Shown here: positions 61,480 to 64,000 of the stretch, piece by piece
How the letters are laid out: each line of letters opens with the position of its first letter
Position numbering within the stretch: position 1 is the stretch's first letter
Assembly (NCBI RefSeq): GCF_018977255.1
Contig: NW_024704742.1
Coordinates: 106,640,001 to 106,704,000, forward strand
Source: Callorhinchus milii
Lineage: Eukaryota
Reading direction: 5' to 3'
Length of the DNA: 64,000 bases
Notes under the pieces: generated by a model
Told to the model about the DNA's origin: nothing
Database searches by the model: none
The model's input: only the letters and a program-made list of their open reading frames with translations
Translations under genes and position numbers: made by a program

Positions 61480-62879
61480 CTGTGGAAAAATAAAGCAATT
61501 CAATAACTTAAAAATAACAATTCTAAGCATAAATAGTCAAATAAGAAAATTAAAAATGCATGTACATGTAATATGCACAATGTAGACACATGCAGACGGG
61601 TTCACAAAATACAGTGTAATGAGACTATATGCCAAATACCTTTACATAAAAAGCATCCAAAAACAAATTGGACACATGCAAGAATTTTCAAATAACACAA
61701 AGCCCAAGGCAAATGCACACATTTTTTCTATTTTGCTTGGATTCGTATGCTTTCTCCAGGGTTCGCTGGAAGCCATTGCTAAAGCTCTCCACTTATCCCT
61801 CAGTAACCTCAGATTTTGAAATTAGTAATTTCAATGAAACAGCAATTTTGCATTAAGAATTCCCCATAATTTTGGCTGAAGTAAGTCTGAAAACAATTAG
61901 GTCAGTTCCATATAACTGCACATTCAATCTCTAAGGCAAAATATTAGCTCTCTGAGAAAGCTATTTCTTCACTAAATTATATTAGATATTCAAAATTAGC
62001 TCACATATCAGTTAATATCGGGATCTCAAACATGATATTCACAACCTAGATTTGTTGCATTAATTGTTTTGCCTGGTTTGTAATTATCAAATTGCATTTC
62101 ATAGCAAGTGAATCATGAATTCCCAATTTTTGCTCGCTGGCTTTTTTGTTTTGAACTTTGTTAACTTGGAATTTGCGATTTAAATTGTCAGAAGATAAGT
62201 ATTTATCAATGACATATTAAAATAACAAAAAAACATTGAGAATGTGGATGCGATCATTTTGAAATTTGCTATTTATATTAACATATTAGAATAATATTAA
62301 ATGCTCTATATATATACACCTCAACATACACATTTTAAAAGTACTTTCATTTTAAGAAAGAAAAACTGAAGGGTTGCATTTTAATTGAAGGAATATGGAT
62401 TTTCAACTTCACGATCAAATCTCAGCTATAATACAATTGTTTTTTTCTATGGAAAAATATCTGATATAGAGTAAAATATTTAAAAAAGGAAAAATATTTT
62501 GTTATTATTTAGCTAAAACAAATATTTTATTTTTTATATTGAATTAGCAGATTACCAAATGCCATTTCTAGCTGCTGTTGAAAACTGCTATAGAATCAAA
62601 TTTTATGCAACCTCTTTCTTTGCATCATATTTAGCTGGTTCTTTTCATCGAAACCCAAGTTCTAGTGGTGGTAGTTCATAGCAATTAGTCTTGGTGAAAA
62701 CATTCTCTAAAAGTTCTAGAGAATTTTACCAATTCTAAGAAATATAAACAAAACACTTTATGATAAAGGCATTTTTCCATGACAAATATTACAAGAGTTT
62801 TCCTGCATCTTAATTATACATTAATAAATCCTATTAATTAATATAAAGAAAATAATTTTGCACTTGGAATCTGGAGCTC

Positions 62880-63062
62880 TCTTCCCAAAATGGCTGTGGG
62901 TGCTGGAACAATTGAAAATGTCAAGACTGATTTTTGTTAGGTAAGGGTATCAAGGGATAAGGAGCAAAGACGGGTAAATGAAGTTGAGATGCAGATCAAT
63001 CATGATCTGAAAGAATGGCAGAGCAGTCCTGAGGGGCTGAATGGCCTACTCCTGCTCCTATG
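62880..63062 (+). mobile_element. CR1 3'-end fragment (similar short pieces near 7615-7830, 20200-20435, 39480-39760 and 47733-48000)
   Basis: aagggtatcaagggata...gatcaatcatgatc...gaatggcctactcctgctcctatg matches the 3' end of the CR1 at 14624. Confidence 0.8.
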
Positions 63063-64000
63063 GAATCAGTAGAATAATATTCCGGGATAAGCTATGATAA
63101 TTTACAGGGATAAGGGCAAAGGTGAAAGCATGAGTTAAACAGTTCCTTTCACAATTTTTAAAAAAAATTTCAACAAGTGAAATTGAATGTATTTCAAATC
63201 TTTCCATCTCCCTCTAACCCCGCAGGTGCTAGTCATGCACTGACTTTAATCAATCCACTTCTTGGCCTCTACCACTGACATTTGTGATGGCCTGCTAGGA
63301 GATGCTATCGATTCTCTATGAACGAGGCATCCAAACTCCATTTAATGCTTTCCAACACAAATGCATGAGAACATGGTAAATTACTGGATTAAAATTTTGC
63401 AGGATGGGGGGTAAGAAGAGCAGGCAAAAGGCAACTTAAATTTTCTTCATAGCAGTCTGCAGTGTTATGTAATGCTGCAGGACAACTATAATATCAATTT
63501 TAGTAATTACTTTGTGTTTTCTCTTTTATCTAACTCTCCCATTGAATACGATGCTCAATGCTGGCCTGATCTAGATATTAGGAAATGCTTAAGAGGATGC
63601 TGAAATGACTCCACCTCATAAGTTCACTTCCCCCCAATTTAGTGGTTGCTAAATTTAATTAGTAAGTTATTAATAATAATTCTTGCATTTGATATAATGT
63701 GGAAAACATCTCAAAACTGTTCAGGAGCTTGTGTAAAATGTAACTGTATTTGACCATAAAATGACTAAGCTAACACTGCAGGCAACAGCCTTTTTGAAAT
63801 AACAGGTCAAAAACAACTTTTAAATACATTTCTCTAAAGTACAAAGTGCACAGATATCAGTTCCTTTAATATTATTCACTATTTCTTTATTTTTTCCTTG
63901 TTGGGTGCTTCATTCTTCTAATTTGTTTCAGTTTAACAGATTCCAACCAATCAGCATGCAAAAAAAAGTTTCAAGTACAATTTTCATAAGGCAATATAGA

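Noticed and set aside
62550-62735. Additional PPIP5K2 exon on the minus strand
   Set aside because: Candidate AG and GT sites exist, but every frame I tried hits a stop and no PPIP5K2 motif is recognisable

Overview
Vertebrate genomic DNA, most likely from a cartilaginous fish: the SINE, CR1, L2 and Penelope-like repeats suggest a chimaera such as Callorhinchus (inference). The window holds three spliced genes in the order known from human 5q21. (1) On +, an intact PDZPH1 orthologue: 11 coding exons from 171 to 33179, all GT-AG and phase-compatible, about 1368 codons, with the start probably upstream of the window. It encodes a long acidic/Ser-rich region, one PDZ and two PH domains. (2) On -, MACIR/C5orf30: one coding exon (46853-47476) and a probable non-coding first exon near 55.4-55.6 kb. 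(3) On -, the last three coding exons and 3'UTR of PPIP5K2. Introns are full of decayed L2 and CR1 LINEs, tRNA-Ala-derived SINEs, older Deu-domain SINEs, long inverted repeats and three tandem arrays. Most other ORFs in the track are repeat-derived or spurious. No prokaryote-type system (CRISPR, operon) is present. The best leads are PDZPH1 as a Shank-like scaffold (Homer-type motif, own C-terminal PDZ ligand), hairpins directly after both PDZ exons, a TE-tail-derived splice acceptor and a composite SINE lineage. Gene and repeat names come from recognition of remembered sequences, not from database searches.
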